A DNA stretch of 64,000 nucleotides, taken from assembly GCF_964355755.1 (NCBI RefSeq), contig NC_092671.1, forward strand, positions 34,916,304 to 34,980,303. The letters run 5' to 3'. The first letter of the stretch is position 1. Each line of letters opens with the position of its first letter. Shown piece by piece: positions 38,566 through 52,342 of this stretch. Position numbers and translations under genes: made by a program. The DNA is from Antedon mediterranea (Eukaryota; Animalia; Echinodermata). The notes below the pieces were generated by a model that saw nothing but the letters and a program-made list of their open reading frames with translations, did not search any database and had not been told where the DNA came from.

Positions 38566-40119
38566 TCTATATATAAATTTACGTAAGGGCAAAATTCGGT
38601 AAATCGCGCCTTACTTCTAGAATTTTTACTCGATGGTATATAAAGTTGGTGGGTACTTTCGGTACTGATTTTAACCACCTGGATGTAACCCTGTTTACTA
38701 ATTAAATTGAGTTATATAATTAGTTATTGACGATTAAAACGAATTTTAATTAGGTTCAACGATTTGCCCCAAATAGGGGTGTTTTCCGTTCGTGGTATAC
38801 ACTGTCTAATGGATGTCCAACTTGAAAAATACCCGCACACAATAATACGAGGACGCTTCGCATTTTCCTATCTCCTCCTACGATAATTGTTTTTAATAGC
38901 TGAAAACCGGTTGAACTGCTCGAGTACAGCACCATAATGTTGAAGACAGGCCGATTTTCTTAAAAAAATACTATTTTGATAGATTTAATTTACGTTTTTA
39001 CAAATGTATTGATTTGCGATGAATGAAACATTCCAATCTTTCACTCTGCCAGTTTGGTTTAACACAAGTAGGTAAATTTATGAGCCCTTGGAGAATAAAC
39101 TTGCAATACTTTGACAATACAGTACTGCAAATACCTATTAACCATTTTTGGTCGTCATTTGAATCGAACATTTCTTACTGTGAATACTGTTAGATGTAAA
39201 AAAATATATACAAATAAACTTTATTACTGTGATTATGGGTAGACTCTACTGTTAGATATATACACACGTAATATACAAATAAACTGACAGTTGCTTCTCA
39301 ACGTTTGCATTAATTAATAATTACAAAAAATATAAACGTCGAAGTGGTGTATCGTTACATGTACTTTAATATTTCAATCGACTATGACAGTGACAGTTTT
39401 AACAAAGTATTAAATCGCAAATGTTTTACTATATTTAGTCACCGTTAGTGGTATATTATTTATAGGCCTATCAAAAATGAAAACAATATTTCGTTACTGA
39501 CGTGGATAAAGAATATATTTAAAAAGGAGATGAGAGTATATTGAAAAGGAGATGAGGGTACCCAGACTTAGGCCTAAGAGGTTGAGAAAAAATCGCGAAC
39601 GGGAATGACATACGCCGCCAATAGTTTGACTTTTCAATTCAATTCAAACATTTCATTCAAAATATTTCATTCAAAACATTTCGTTCAAAACATTTCGTTC
39701 AAAACATTTCATTCAAAACATTTCATTCAAAACAATAAATTCAAAGCATTCAATTCAAAACATTTCATTCATATATCGCGCCATTCAATTCATATCGATG
39801 CATTTCATTCACATACCGCGTCATAAAATTCATATCATCGAAATGTTGCGTAAACGGCGTTCCATACCTAATTGGGTTTCTTTAAATGAATAAACAATTT
39901 GGACTCATTTTGTGGTAAGTTTCTCTTTCGGAAGTAATTCCCAGGGTGCTAATTTTGTTTGACTACATAAATAATTGTGTCTGTAAACGACAATGTTATA
40001 GTCCTGCGGTACGTGCATTTGAAATCGCCAGATTTTTTACCCTGAAATTACTGTGTATTCGAGAACCATCTGTGGGCACGACCTAGATGGTACGCGAGCG
40101 AAGGGAGCGTACCATCTAG
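38566..40119 (+). mobile_element. Non-autonomous Helitron
   Basis: Starts TC, ends CTAG, inserted between A and T (empty site tataa|tactaat at ~56548); terminal inverted repeat CTAGATGGTACGC..GCGTACCATCTAG; no TSD. A copy of its 5' end lies at ~25095-25207. Confidence 0.8.
39640..39770. repeat. 14-bp tandem repeat (TTCAAAACATTTCA) inside the Helitron
   Basis: Visible degenerate tandem array. Confidence 0.8.
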
Positions 40120-41977
40120 TACTAATAATGTTTGATAAATAATAATCGAAATATTTTGGAAAGAAACTAAGCACAGGACAACTAAGTAAGGAGATGATGT
40201 CTCTTCACCGTGTTGTCGGAGCTAACGCTTGTAGTATACTGATGTTTATTGGTTATGTACACAAACTTTATTCCGCGCAACAATTGTGACGTCATACGTG
40301 TCATTAGGACAATAAAAGATGAATTATATATTTTGCTTCATTCACTCACAGGTGTCCTCTTTCTAGAAGTTTTTTTTATTAAGAACATTTTAAAACTAAT
40401 AAAATTGATTGCGATTTATTCCCGATCATTATAAAAATATTTGTATAATCCCCGAATAGACCTAAATATATATCTATTATAACAAAAAATAAATTAAAAA
40501 AAATTAACAATAAAACTGTAAAAATCACAATACAAACAATATTTACAGTGTTTTAAAAAAAGGACATTGACTTGATTAAATAACGGACAATGTTGTAATT
40601 AAAATGATAACATTAAATTACAATAAATTGTTTTATGATTGTGATTTATTTTCGCGATTTAATTGATAGGTAATTAATTAAATTCCTAAACATTTAATTT
40701 TGTGATTTCTCTGATTTACGCTCTTCATTAATAATTGCATTAATATTACATGTATCCAGTAGCGGACAATCGCTGTAAAAATAGTGACCAGCTACAATTA
40801 TATAGAAATGTAACTGAAATAAAGACGTCAAAAATGGATTCCAATATTATAATGCTCTCTCTATCAAAAGAAATAAAATTACATTTATAATTATGACCTT
40901 TCATTTCAGGTTTAACCAAACGACTTCGTCTGCTTAGTCTTCTTAACAATAACATGTGATTAAGAAAATTGCTTTCCGTCTTATCAAGTTGTTTAGAATT
41001 ATTAAAGCTCAGGTACAGGCATGAATTTAAATATAATATTTGGTTAATTGTACATAAATAAAATATTTGTAACAGAAATCAAGACGAAAAAATATGAATT
41101 TCCCTTAATATGGTCAAATACAAAATTTGGCAAAATTCTTCTATAAAAACCAAGAAGACTTTTTTTCAGTAGTTAGGTAGTTAACCTAATGTAATAACAT
41201 GTCTGGTGACTCCAACAAGCTTGTGTAACATAAATAAAACTCCAACAATTATGAAACATAGGGGAAACTATAGATCGACAAATATTGGAATGTATGATCA
41301 ATAGAAATTTTTTGCCCGCACCTGGCCTTTAATATCTTTTAGTATGCCTTATGGATCTGTGTATATCCGTTTAGTTTTAAAATCGTCAAATCGCCATCTT
41401 TTATGTAATACGTTCATTGCTTTTTGCGTTTATCCTCCAACTTAAACGTCACTAAATTATTTCTGGTCATTTTTTTTTAAATTTGACGTAGTGATGTTGA
41501 ATAATACATTCTTTTAAATATTTACTGCATAGACTTTTAAATCGAGGACCACTGTGTAGTATCGAAGTTCAATACCGATTTGATACTGTTGAATCGACTT
41601 TCACAAAAACAAAAAGAAAATCAAAATTTATTTTTTCTAAATGTCTATTTATTACCTTTAGAGTACACGTTTTATTAATATAATATTATTATTATGCATA
41701 GGCCTATCATTCTAGGAGAATCTGTATTAATATATTAAACTTGAAATTAATCCGTATATTGTTTTGTATCTCATATGTCCAGTATGTAAATCGTCCATTT
41801 TTGCGTTTATTGTAAGGAAGCGAATAGTGATTTTTACTCGATGACATGCCGATCAATTTTACAACCCAGTATATTATGTTAATGAACAACATGATTGGAG
41901 ACGGCGTTTCTAGCTATTTATGAGACTAATCCTCGTAATGGAATGATATAATACGCGTTTCATTACTACAGTGCATC

Positions 41978-43904
41978 TTAAATGCCTCCTTTTTTAATCG
42001 GTGATCTAATTTTTCTAGTCATCTCGGCATTCTGGTTACCGTCTTCTTGTACTTTCAACGGATTTGCTGCAGCAGCAACTAAAATAAAGACAATAATATG
42101 TGTATGATAATATTAATTCAAAATAACGCTTAAAGGTGTATTGTCCCCCAAAAACATGAACAATGAAGATTAATTAAATCAGACTTTGAATAAGTTATTT
42201 GGTAGTTTTAATAAAGTTAGTCACTTTAGTAGAATAAAAAAACCCAAATGACAAATAAATAAACCAAAAACTCATTACATTCTCTTGCAACCAATTTGAC
42301 TATTTTTTGCTTTAAAGCTCAGGTACAGGCATGAATTTTAAATATAATATTTGGTTAATTGTACATAAATCAAATATTTGTAACAGAAATCAAGACGAAA
42401 AAACATGAATTTCCCTTAATATGGCCAAATACAAAATTTTGCAAAATTCTTCCATAAAAACCAGGAAGACCTTTTTTCAGTAGTTAGGTAGTTAACCTAA
42501 TGTAATAACATGTCTTGTGACTCCCTAGAAGGTGAAAAAAGATGGTGGATATACGGTGGATAATTTTTGCTATAGCATGAAAATAAAAATTTGAAGTTGA
42601 ATAAAAATTCCAGAAATGTAATATTCAAGTTATATTACCTATACTTAGTCATCTGAAAATTTTTTTTACCACACTGTTTATTTTTCGTAGCTTTTTAAAA
42701 TGCCTCTCTATTTACAAAATTTGTGTACAAAAGAATAGAGATTTTACTGTGTAATTTGAACTATCCCCCCACTGATAAGAAAGTGCTTATTTTCAACAAG
42801 CTCGTGTAACAAAAATAAAATCCCAAAAATTATGAAACATAGGGGAAACTATAGATCGATAATTATTTGAATGTATGATCAATAGAAATGTTTTGCCCGC
42901 ACCTGGCCTTTAAATCACATTTTTCCAGGTAACTCATTTTTTCGATCCAATTTTTTGTCAATGTGAATATTATGTGACATTAAAATGACATATTCAACAA
43001 AAAATGTTGTAAGAATTTTTTCAGGGCAACAATATATCCTTAATGTAAATGTTTTAGAAATTCCAGTGAGACATCGCTAAGAAGAATGTAAAGACTTTAT
43101 TCATTTTAGGGACGAATCCAAATAATTACCGTTTTCATTGCTGTTTCCTCCAGAGTTGAGTTGAGCCGGATCTGCATCTTCGTTAGATGTTGTCTCATCA
43201 TTCCCTATCAGTATTGTAAATATTGATTAGTTTCACACACAATATTGCTATGCTAACAGGGCATTGTTGTAATGAATTTCTTTCAAAATTGGTCTTAGGC
43301 TATGTCTATACTATCAAACTGTATGTGACAAGAAAATGCGATGTACCCAAATATGGATATGATGATGTCATATCACTACCATATTTGAGCATATCACTAC
43401 CATATTTGGGCACATCACACTTTTTTGTCAAACTAGTTTGAAAGTGTAGACAGAGCTTTAATTATTATGGTTAATTGATGATTTGTACTTTTAGGTCTAC
43501 GTCTACAACTTTTTTTATTTGGTTGCTTAATTTAAAGGTTGAAAAAATAATGATGTTTTATATGTGATGTTAAGGTTTTTATAACCCAACTTGTAGTGTA
43601 TTATAATCGGTTAAATGTGTAACATCGAACTACAGTGCCATAAATAGGATTACCACTACACTATTACGCTAGGAAATTTGTCATTAATTTTTCCCATTTT
43701 GTTTTTATCTCATGACAGAACAACTTGTTTCATAATGGTGTATCAACAATAATTATAAATCAATTGATAATTTACATACATTGCATTAAAATATTACACA
43801 AATTATTATAATTAGGCCTATACAAAATTAATCTTACTTCCAGGTCTTGCTGCCGATAACGCAATCAGTACAAGAAGCATTGATAAAAAGAACAACTTAT
43901 TCAT
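41978..43904 (-). CDS. Small secreted prepropeptide, copy A2 (80 aa)
   Basis: Exons 43904-43838, 43204-43130, 42078-41978: MNKLFFLSMLLVLIALSAARPGRNDETTSNEDADPAQLNSGGNSNENVAAAANPLKVQEDGNQNAEMTRKIRSPIKKGGI*. Splice sites and frame conserved with A1. Confidence 0.72.
42316..42909. mobile_element. TTAA-target non-autonomous element (Kolobok-like); other copies 1455-2046 (inverted) and 41006-41328 (internally deleted)
   Basis: TTAA on both flanks, AG-starting termini AGCTCAGGT/AGGCCAGGT, empty sites in the 57.5 and 58.5 kb paralogous block. Confidence 0.75.
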
Positions 43905-44724
43905 CTTCAACCCTTAATAAACAAAAACAAATTGTAAAATATAAAACAATTACAAAAAATAAATAGAAAATAACTAAATAATATGTAAATAGAAAATAAC
44001 TAAACAATTTGTTTATAGAAAATAACTCAAATTGCACTCTTCGTTAATTAGTTGTTTTTTTTTCTAAATTTACTTAAATACGATTATTTACTTATTTATC
44101 TTCCACCCTTAATAAAGAAAAAATAATTTGTAAAATAGAAAATAACTAAAACATAAATGCATATTTGTCTATTTATCGTCGATCGTTATCGTCCTAGTGT
44201 AAATAGGCCTTTAAACATGGTTCATTCATTCATTCATTCATAATGGTATATTTATTAAAATTATCTTCACAGAAAAACTGAATTTTGACAATTTTTTACA
44301 TTAGTAAAAGGTACTTAAAATATTTAAAATGTTTTAAAAAAATAGCATAAAATAACATCAAAAATTGAGAACCACACAATAATGGTAATACACAGTAAAT
44401 AAAAGTGAGAACTAAAAAACATAAATTAAATACATCATTCAATAAGGGCAAACTTCATTTTACTATTATATTAAAAAACTGTTTTTAAAATTTAGTGTTA
44501 GTTGCAATTATAAAAAAATGAAACCACAAACACATTCGAGGCCCAAAAAGTGTTTCCTTAATGTCCACTAACCAGAAATCTATTGACCTCTTAATATGGG
44601 TTTGCGGCAGAAAAAACAAAAACAAATATACCAAAATGAACAAATTGACCTGGACTCAAGAAATTGAGAAGAATGGAAAATTTAGCAGCCAACGTTTTAT
44701 TAATGAAAACTATGTTGTTCCATT

Positions 44725-45299
44725 AATACGGGTTGCAGCAACAATTTGTGTTGGCTGTAGTGTAAAGCATAAAGTGCCTCTCGTATTATTTCTGTAAGGT
44801 GTCCCTTAATAGGGGTTGCATCAACAATTTGTGTTGGCTGTAGTGTAAAGCATAAAGTGCCTCTCGTATTATTTCTGTAAGGTGTCCCTTAATAGGGGTT
44901 GCATCAACAATTTGGTGTTGGCTGTAGTGTAAAGCATAAAGTGCCTCTCGTATTATTTCTGTAAGGTGTCCCTTAATAGGGGTTGCATCAACAATTTGGT
45001 GTTGGCTGTAGTGTAAAGCATAAATTGCCTCTCGTATTTCTGTAAGGTGTCCCTTAATAGGGGTTGCATCAACAATTTGGTGTTGGCTGTAGTGTAAAGC
45101 ATAAATTGCCTCTCGTATTTCTGTAAGGTGTCCCTTAATAGGGGTTGCATCAACAATTTGGTGTTGGCTGTAGTGTAAAGCATAAATTGCCTCTCGTATT
45201 TCTGTAAGGTGTCCCATTAATAGGGGTTGCATCAACAATTTGGTGTTGGCTGTAGTGTAAAGCATAAACTGCCTCTCGTATTTCTGTAAGGTGTCCCTT
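44725..45299. repeat. Minisatellite, 7 units of 81-84 bp
   Basis: Unit AATAGGGGTTGCATCAACAATTTGGTGTTGGCTGTAGTGTAAAGCATAAATTGCCTCTCGTATTTCTGTAAGGTGTCCCTT; a single unit at 60370-60450. Confidence 0.95.
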
Positions 45300-47147
45300 A
45301 ATAGGGGTGTTCCAAAGAAGTTTCAACGATAGAAAACACAACTAAACGACAATATTTAGCCTATAATCCTTTTATCTTAGTAATAACTTGAGATGAGATA
45401 TCAAAAATCTATCGGGAAAAGCAATATCAAATGAAAATAACAGTCAGAAAGACCAAGCTGTCGAAAAACACTATCATATAAATATATAATATAAATATTA
45501 CCTTGAATATTGATGATTTTCTGCTTTGAAATAATACTTGCTTTCCGCCTTGTTAAGATGCTTAGAATTGATAGTATCTTGTATAGTATACCTTGTGGAT
45601 CTCTGGCTGATGTTTTCAGGGAAAGTTGCTTTTATAGACGAATGACTTTAGCCCGTTGTTGTTTTACCCATTATTTGCACACTGTAACCCAATACATGCT
45701 TTCCGTCTTGTCAAGTTGTTTATAATAAATAATACCATGTCAATGTGTATATATATCGGCTTAGTTTTAAAATCGTCAGGTGGTTGATGTTTTCTGGGAA
45801 AGTTACTTTGATACATGTCATTAACTCGCTGTTTTTTTTTTATCAGATTGAATATTTATAAGAAATGAAGTCGACGACCTCACCTAATACTTGCTTTCTG
45901 TATTATATATCAAAAATTGTTTATAATAATGTAATAATAATAATAATAATGATGTTTTCGCTGAAAGTTCTTTTCTACACGGATACCCGGATGTTCTACC
46001 GTTATTTGTTGAGTCGACGACCTCACCACGACCTAGTCCACATTATATAGCAAACTTAAGAAAAAACTAATTTCCAACATTTTTCCAGTTGAAAACTTCT
46101 GCAAACTGCAGAAAACTGGCTAGCAGAACTTAAGCCATGTCTGCACTTAGCACACTTTACCTTTCATTCACTTTAAATTCATGTCTGCAAAGTTTGCTAG
46201 TGCAGCTCACTTCTGCAAACTTGTTTTCTGCAATTTTTCAACTGATCTGCACTAGTAAAACTTGTTTTGACTAAAGCTCTGTCTACACTGTCAAACTAGT
46301 TTGATTAAAAATAAGTGTGATGTGCCCACATAAGGTAGTATACTGATATGCCCAAATATGGTAGTTATATGACATCATCATGCCCATATATGGGCATATC
46401 ACATTATTTGTCATATAAAGTTTTATAATGTAAATAGGGCCTAAATCGGAGTTTGCTCAAGTTTGCAACAAATGTTTTTTGACAAACTAGTTTGCTGATG
46501 TGTGGTGAACACAGCCAATCAAATCACTTTTGTTGTAGGCATGTTAATCTGCAGATGGACAAGTCAGCCTCTAGTAAGAGAAGACAAGTAAAAGACAAGT
46601 TTTTCAAAGAAAGGTTTTCCAAAGCCAGTGCAGTCAAAGACAAACTTCGGCAGAAAACAGAAAACAAGTTCTCAGAAATCTACACTAGCACACTTTAGTT
46701 TACGGTGTATAAAGACTAGAAGAACTCTACTTATAGGCAGTTTATTCTCGTTTAAACCAAAATGGCTTCGATAGTGTTAACTCAAGTTTCACACAAAATA
46801 ATAATTCAATTTATTTTACATTTATATTTATTTTACCAAGAATACTTGTTTTTATTACATCCGTTGATAACCTGTATTATTATTACTTTAAAAAATCGTT
46901 TTTCTTCTTAATCCCCTTCCCCCACCCCCTACGCATATTGAAATAGGCCTATTAAACTTAGACGCGATAAACCTGCAACAATTACCGGTTGATTGTGTAG
47001 ATAAATTGCATCTAATATTTCCTAATTGGTAATTAGTCTACGTAGCATAAATATTATAAGATCAGGGAATAGTAAAATTACACTCTTCCTGGTTGGTGCT
47101 GCAATAAAATCGCTTGGAAATATTTTATTAAAATATATGAAATAATT

Positions 47148-47268
47148 AACACATGGTGGCATTGCATGGCAAAGAGTAGCTAGAGACAGAAGTAATGGTC
47201 AATTGGTGAAGAGGCCTTCGTCCTGCAGTGGAAAGAAATAGGTTAAGAAGAAGAAGAAAAAGAATAAT
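47148..47268 (+). mobile_element. 3' tip of an RTE-like LINE (also 62340-62482)
   Basis: WQRVARDRSN...EAFVLQW-like end followed by an (AAG)n(AAT)n tail whose length differs between copies. Confidence 0.55.
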
Positions 47269-47287
47269 TAATATCAATGAAACGTAT

Positions 47288-47710
47288 CTAAGAAAAATAT
47301 GCACAGGGTTGAGCGGGACCTGCATCATCGTCGTAGTCTTGCCTTCGTGTTCCTATCAGTAGAAAGGCTGTGTAATAATTATTTCAATCACATCAAACAG
47401 CGATATTGATAATTGAATGGTTAATTATTTTGACTTCTGAAAGTATCGCTTAAATTCAGTTCAGAAATAATAAGAAAAAGTATATACTTTCTTTTAATTT
47501 TTCCTCTTTTTTATATTGGCAAACTACCAATATGGTAGTATAAGTGGAATCATTCACTGTCCTCCTTAAAGGAGGAAGCCGGTTCACAACATATACACAA
47601 GATGCTTTACATAAACAAGTCTTTGAGGGTGAAATAAATACATTTTCATACATGTCCTTAACATTATCGCATAATTATTAACACGATTTAAATAACGTAT
47701 GATGTCCTAT
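47288..47710 (-). pseudogene. Prepropeptide pseudogene B2
   Basis: Exon relic TRRQDYDDDAGPAQP; about 330 bp including most of the signal exon is missing relative to the 62.9-63.2 kb copy. Confidence 0.55.
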
Positions 47711-49520
47711 AACATATTAATATTAAAACAATTATATTGCTATCTTTAGATAGTATTTGAAGATGCTTCCTCCTCGTATAGGCATACACACAAGTATTTC
47801 CACCCAATCACAAGTAACAGTTTAAATGACCCATCGATTGTACGTTACTACTTGTATTTGGTTTTTTCCATCACACTCCAGGGGTATGACATTTTGATTT
47901 CTAACCTCAATTTTTTTTAAACATCGATTAGTTTTGTAATCATTATTAATGAATAATTCATTGAAATTATATACAATATTTTCAATAAATAATTTAAAGT
48001 TTTCCTGGTGGTTTTTAATGCGGCCTAGACACTTTAGGGTACGTGTACCGACACCTTGACATTGGCCTAGACACTTTAGGAGACGTGTACCGACACTGAC
48101 AATGGCCTAGACACTTAAGAGGTATCGAACCTTTGCCTTGCCTTTAAGGCGTCATCTAAACAATTCGCCCTGGCCTTTGATTACCCTTAGATTACCTAAT
48201 AAACAAATCCTCAATTCTATGATGACATTAGTTTTTTACTTATTCAGAGTTTGCGAAGTCCCAATTAATCTTATATGTTCCATACCATGTACAGTTTATT
48301 GACTTAGTGAATAGAGAGAATACATCTTGCTAAATCTCTGAGCTATGAATCTCTGATAACTAGGTCCACTCCATAGACGTGACGGTGTTAATTTTAAAAA
48401 TTATTTAAAAATTCCTTTTTTTTTTTTGGTTGATCTCGCCAACAATATACACGACTTGAAGTGCTTGGTAGTTTGTGTGTCATCAAACAAAATCCAACCT
48501 CAATTAATCATGGCTAGTAAGAATTGATGTATAGCACACACGACGAGATCAATAATATTTACAAAAGCCTTGCTTACGCGTGCGCATTAGCTTTTTTCTT
48601 TTAGCGATGTCGCGCCATGACGGCGCTATAACATTTTATCTCCGCATTTTCATTCCCAACTAGAGAGGGCGCATTCTGATTTCTATGCTTTTGTTACTTG
48701 AAATAGAGAAAGAGCACAAAAGTCGGAAATACATACGAAAATCTAATTCTAAAAGTAACTGCTGGTTAGACAAATGGGTCGTACCTATCCCAGAATATTA
48801 GTTTTGCTCCTCCAATAGGGCTTCTTACTGAAGATCGATATCAATATTTAGCGTCCTTGATACCGCAGAAACGCACTAGCGCGCTCGCGTTGTCAAAACA
48901 GATTTTTTTTTTCTATACTAAAGCAGAAATGAGATAAGACGAACTTGTTCATCTTAAAGCAGGGTGCTGTTCGTCTTAATATTTAATACAAAAATAAGCA
49001 AATCTTTTTTCTTAAATATATAATAAATTGGAATTAAGCAAAATTAAGGATTTAAGGCAAAGTTAAGACGATTTTTTCCTAAGCAAAACCGGCCCCTGGT
49101 AAGAATTTATATAAGAAAACATGATTAAGATACATAATTGCAATGCTTTGGAAAAAATGTTATTTATTAAATCTGTCGATAGTGGCGTGACCAGGGAAGT
49201 GTGAAACCTCTTCCCTGGCGTGACTAAAGGCGTGGTAAAACCCCAGCCTTGTATGCAGCTATAATTGACGTAGGTGACATTTCTAGAAAACTCATCCATC
49301 CTGATATGCAGTTGATAGTACATTCAGATAATACGGCTTATTCTTGAGTCTATTTACATTGTATGTGATCACACACATTATTTTAATTATAGATTTATCA
49401 TATCTCTTTACTGTGACATAGAATGACTCTCTATCCTACGTGAACTAGACATTTGAAAATGTAACTCAACATAGTTTTTGAGATCCTCCGTTTTTTCACC
49501 ATGTTAGGTCAGCTCTCATA

Positions 49521-50906
49521 TTAAACTTCATCATTTTTAATGTCTTCTGCGTTGACATCATTTTGATTTAGCACTGAAGAATAATAATTAGCATTATCAC
49601 AAGAAATTCCACCTTCGTCTACGTTAGATGTTATTCTTATTCTCTTATTAACTACCGAGTCTAATTTATTGTCATTATCCTGTGTTTCTGATTTGATAAA
49701 TTTATTGCTGAACACGATTCGGCGTAATGTTTGCCGATTAATAATAACTATTAACAATATAACAGTTACAGCAACGACGGCCCTTCCTATAACCACTCCC
49801 ACTATTACTAGTTCAGATGTTTTGTTATCAAGTTTAGATATAGGCCCATCAATACTACTATTAAAGTACTGATCATCGTTAAGAAGTGTCGTTGGTAGAT
49901 TAACATGGATCTTTCGTGTTATGGTCAAAGTAGTGGATGAATTCCAAACCATTCCATCTTCTCTTACAAAACATGTAATGATAAATAGTTGATTTTCAAG
50001 CAAAGTGTTATTAATCTTAATGTTTGTGATATTCAAAATTGACATCGTGACATTAAAGATGTCTCCAGGAACATATGGTGAGATATGCCATTTATACTGG
50101 AGATTGTTTGTCTTAAAGTTTCTTGCAGAACACTGGAAATGAACAGCATCTGTCTCTTGCACTGATAGTAATTTAGGTTTAATTTCCACATCAGGTAATA
50201 ATACATGAAGTCTGATTGTACAGTTTCTTGTCTCTTTCAAAGCTTCACTGTCAAGATAGCATGCTAATTCAGTGTCATTTTTTTCAATCACAATTTCATA
50301 TGATTTTACCCCTTTGTAATCAATGACATCACGTACAATATTCCCAGCAACACTGACACCATTTTCTGTGATATTAAGATTTGGTGATGTACTTCCATGA
50401 CCTTCTGAATAGCAATAGAATATGATTGACTCACCAATGTAAAAGTTCTCGGACAAAATCCGTGTATTATTTCTTGTTAATAAACACCGAGGAGAGGTTA
50501 CAGATGGTGGCTGGTGTACTGTTAGTGTAGCAGTAGCAGGAGTTGGCTGGAAAGAAAATGCACTGTTTTTATTATAACCATACCGGCACTCGTATAATCC
50601 AGCATCAGAAGGCTGTACGTTTGTAATTGTTAAACGGTAAAATGAATTGCCAATCGAAACTGAGTATTTGCTTTTAGATACATATTGACACAACCGGTCA
50701 CCTCGGGTAAGATACCGATTTTCGTTTTTCCAAAGCAATGTATAATAATACGCATTATAAGTTGCTTTACAGTTGAAGACAACATTTGAGCCGATTCGTA
50801 CTTGAACGTCTTCTGGACCAGAAATTAAAGTCTGTTGGCTGTTGACAGTAGAAATTAAAATAATTATTATGTAAGCATATACTCCAAATAGTCTTACAAA
50901 CTCCAT
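49521..50906 (-). CDS. IgSF receptor, activating-type candidate (TM Arg, truncated tail); R4
   Basis: 461-aa paralog with intact signal peptide and three Ig-like domains. TM VIVGVVIGRAVVAVTVILLIVII (AGG 49782-49784); ends ...NDEV*. Confidence 0.88.
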   Translation of the reverse strand: MEFVRLFGVYAYIIIILISTVNSQQTLISGPEDVQVRIGSNVVFNCKATYNAYYYTLLWKNENRYLTRGDRLCQYVSKSKYSVSIGNSFYRLTITNVQPSDAGLYECRYGYNKNSAFSFQPTPATATLTVHQPPSVTSPRCLLTRNNTRILSENFYIGESIIFYCYSEGHGSTSPNLNITENGVSVAGNIVRDVIDYKGVKSYEIVIEKNDTELACYLDSEALKETRNCTIRLHVLLPDVEIKPKLLSVQETDAVHFQCSARNFKTNNLQYKWHISPYVPGDIFNVTMSILNITNIKINNTLLENQLFIITCFVREDGMVWNSSTTLTITRKIHVNLPTTLLNDDQYFNSSIDGPISKLDNKTSELVIVGVVIGRAVVAVTVILLIVIINRQTLRRIVFSNKFIKSETQDNDNKLDSVVNKRIRITSNVDEGGISCDNANYYSSVLNQNDVNAEDIKNDEV

Positions 50907-52342
50907 TGTAGATTGAACAAAAATAAATGATATTGCGTTTCAGTTTCTGCTCAGATTCACACCGTGAACTGTACGTTTTACAATGTAATTTAAATTTGAC
51001 ATTATTTCCTTATCTCTAACACTTCCAACCAAAATGGAGGAAAAGAGGTTTTTTCTAGAACGTACCATTCAACATGATGTGATGTGTATGACTACTCGAT
51101 ACCGCGTATTTTAGGATGATAACGGAGTGATCAGTTAAACAATAAAGAAATACGTTATGTCGGCCCTTTCATACGAGTGTTTTTATTCTGCATTTAACAA
51201 ATCTAAAATAGTTTTAATTTCATATAAAATTCAAGGTGTGTAAGTATTCAAAGGGGTAATAATCACTTGCATTTAAATACTTTTAGATGACTAAAATATC
51301 CTCATATATTTGAGTGACACTGTTCAAATAAGATTTTCTGTTGGAAGATATTACAATGCTCTACTATTTTATTACAACTTATTAATGTATTGTGTACAGC
51401 AAAATCCTGAATATACAATAATTGATAATATAAAATACTGATACACCAAAAATATATGATAATAATATAAGCAATTAGCAAAATTTAGAGAAGGAAACAT
51501 GGTATCAATTATATTTCATATTTCCCATGTTTTTTGTTAAATTATCGACCTTTATTTATTTGTTAATAACAGTAACTGACAGAGAAGAAATAAATATCCA
51601 GTATTATGCAATTCCCGGTAAAATCAGGGAAACATATTTCAGTTTGTATGTCAATACGCCATACGGGTACTACATGACCTATCATTTTCTTATAGCGTCT
51701 ATATGCTAATTTATTATTTTATTCACTATTAACCACAACTTATATTTTTTTGAACTCTATAGTTCACTATGTCGGTCGGTCGGTCTGTCGGTCTGTCGGT
51801 CCGGTATCACTATGCATTTTATCACGCGACTTATGGCTGTTGGCCTTGTTAAAGTTCATAATAAATAGGAATGAGACGGTAGTGGTCAATCAAAGCACTT
51901 TTTTTTAAATTAAAGAAGAAGATATATAAAATACCGAATATACTATATAAAAGTATATAAAAGAGCATTGTTTAGGTTTCGCTACACTAGGTTTTAATTC
52001 TGGTTCTGTTTGTACATAAAAGATTCCATTGCTTACAACATACTTGAATATTTGAATAATATTTTATGTGCGTTTTAGTTGAACTGTAGCCCACATATAA
52101 GGACATTACTTGATTCAATTTGTTTCTCAATCTTTGTATGATATCACTGGTTGTGGTATATAAGGCAACATAACGTTGGTCAAATTTACAGGGTGACCCA
52201 GTGATCAAAAGGCAGTGGATAACATGAAAATTTATAAATTTAGTTATAGGACCTACATGAACAGATTTATACGACGTTGTATAAGATGTTACTATAGGCT
52301 TTATCAGTTTTGCTCTGTGTCTATTATGTCAAACGAAGTGGA

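Noticed and set aside
44725-45299. CRISPR-like array or a repeat protein (ORF 44786-45265)
   Set aside because: Units are contiguous with no unique spacers, the context is eukaryotic, and the ORF is a by-product of an 81-bp (27-codon) unit.
46492-46698. 68-aa basic ORF repeated at 61681
   Set aside because: Non-ATG start, lies in repeat-derived sequence of the recent duplication, and is absent from module I.
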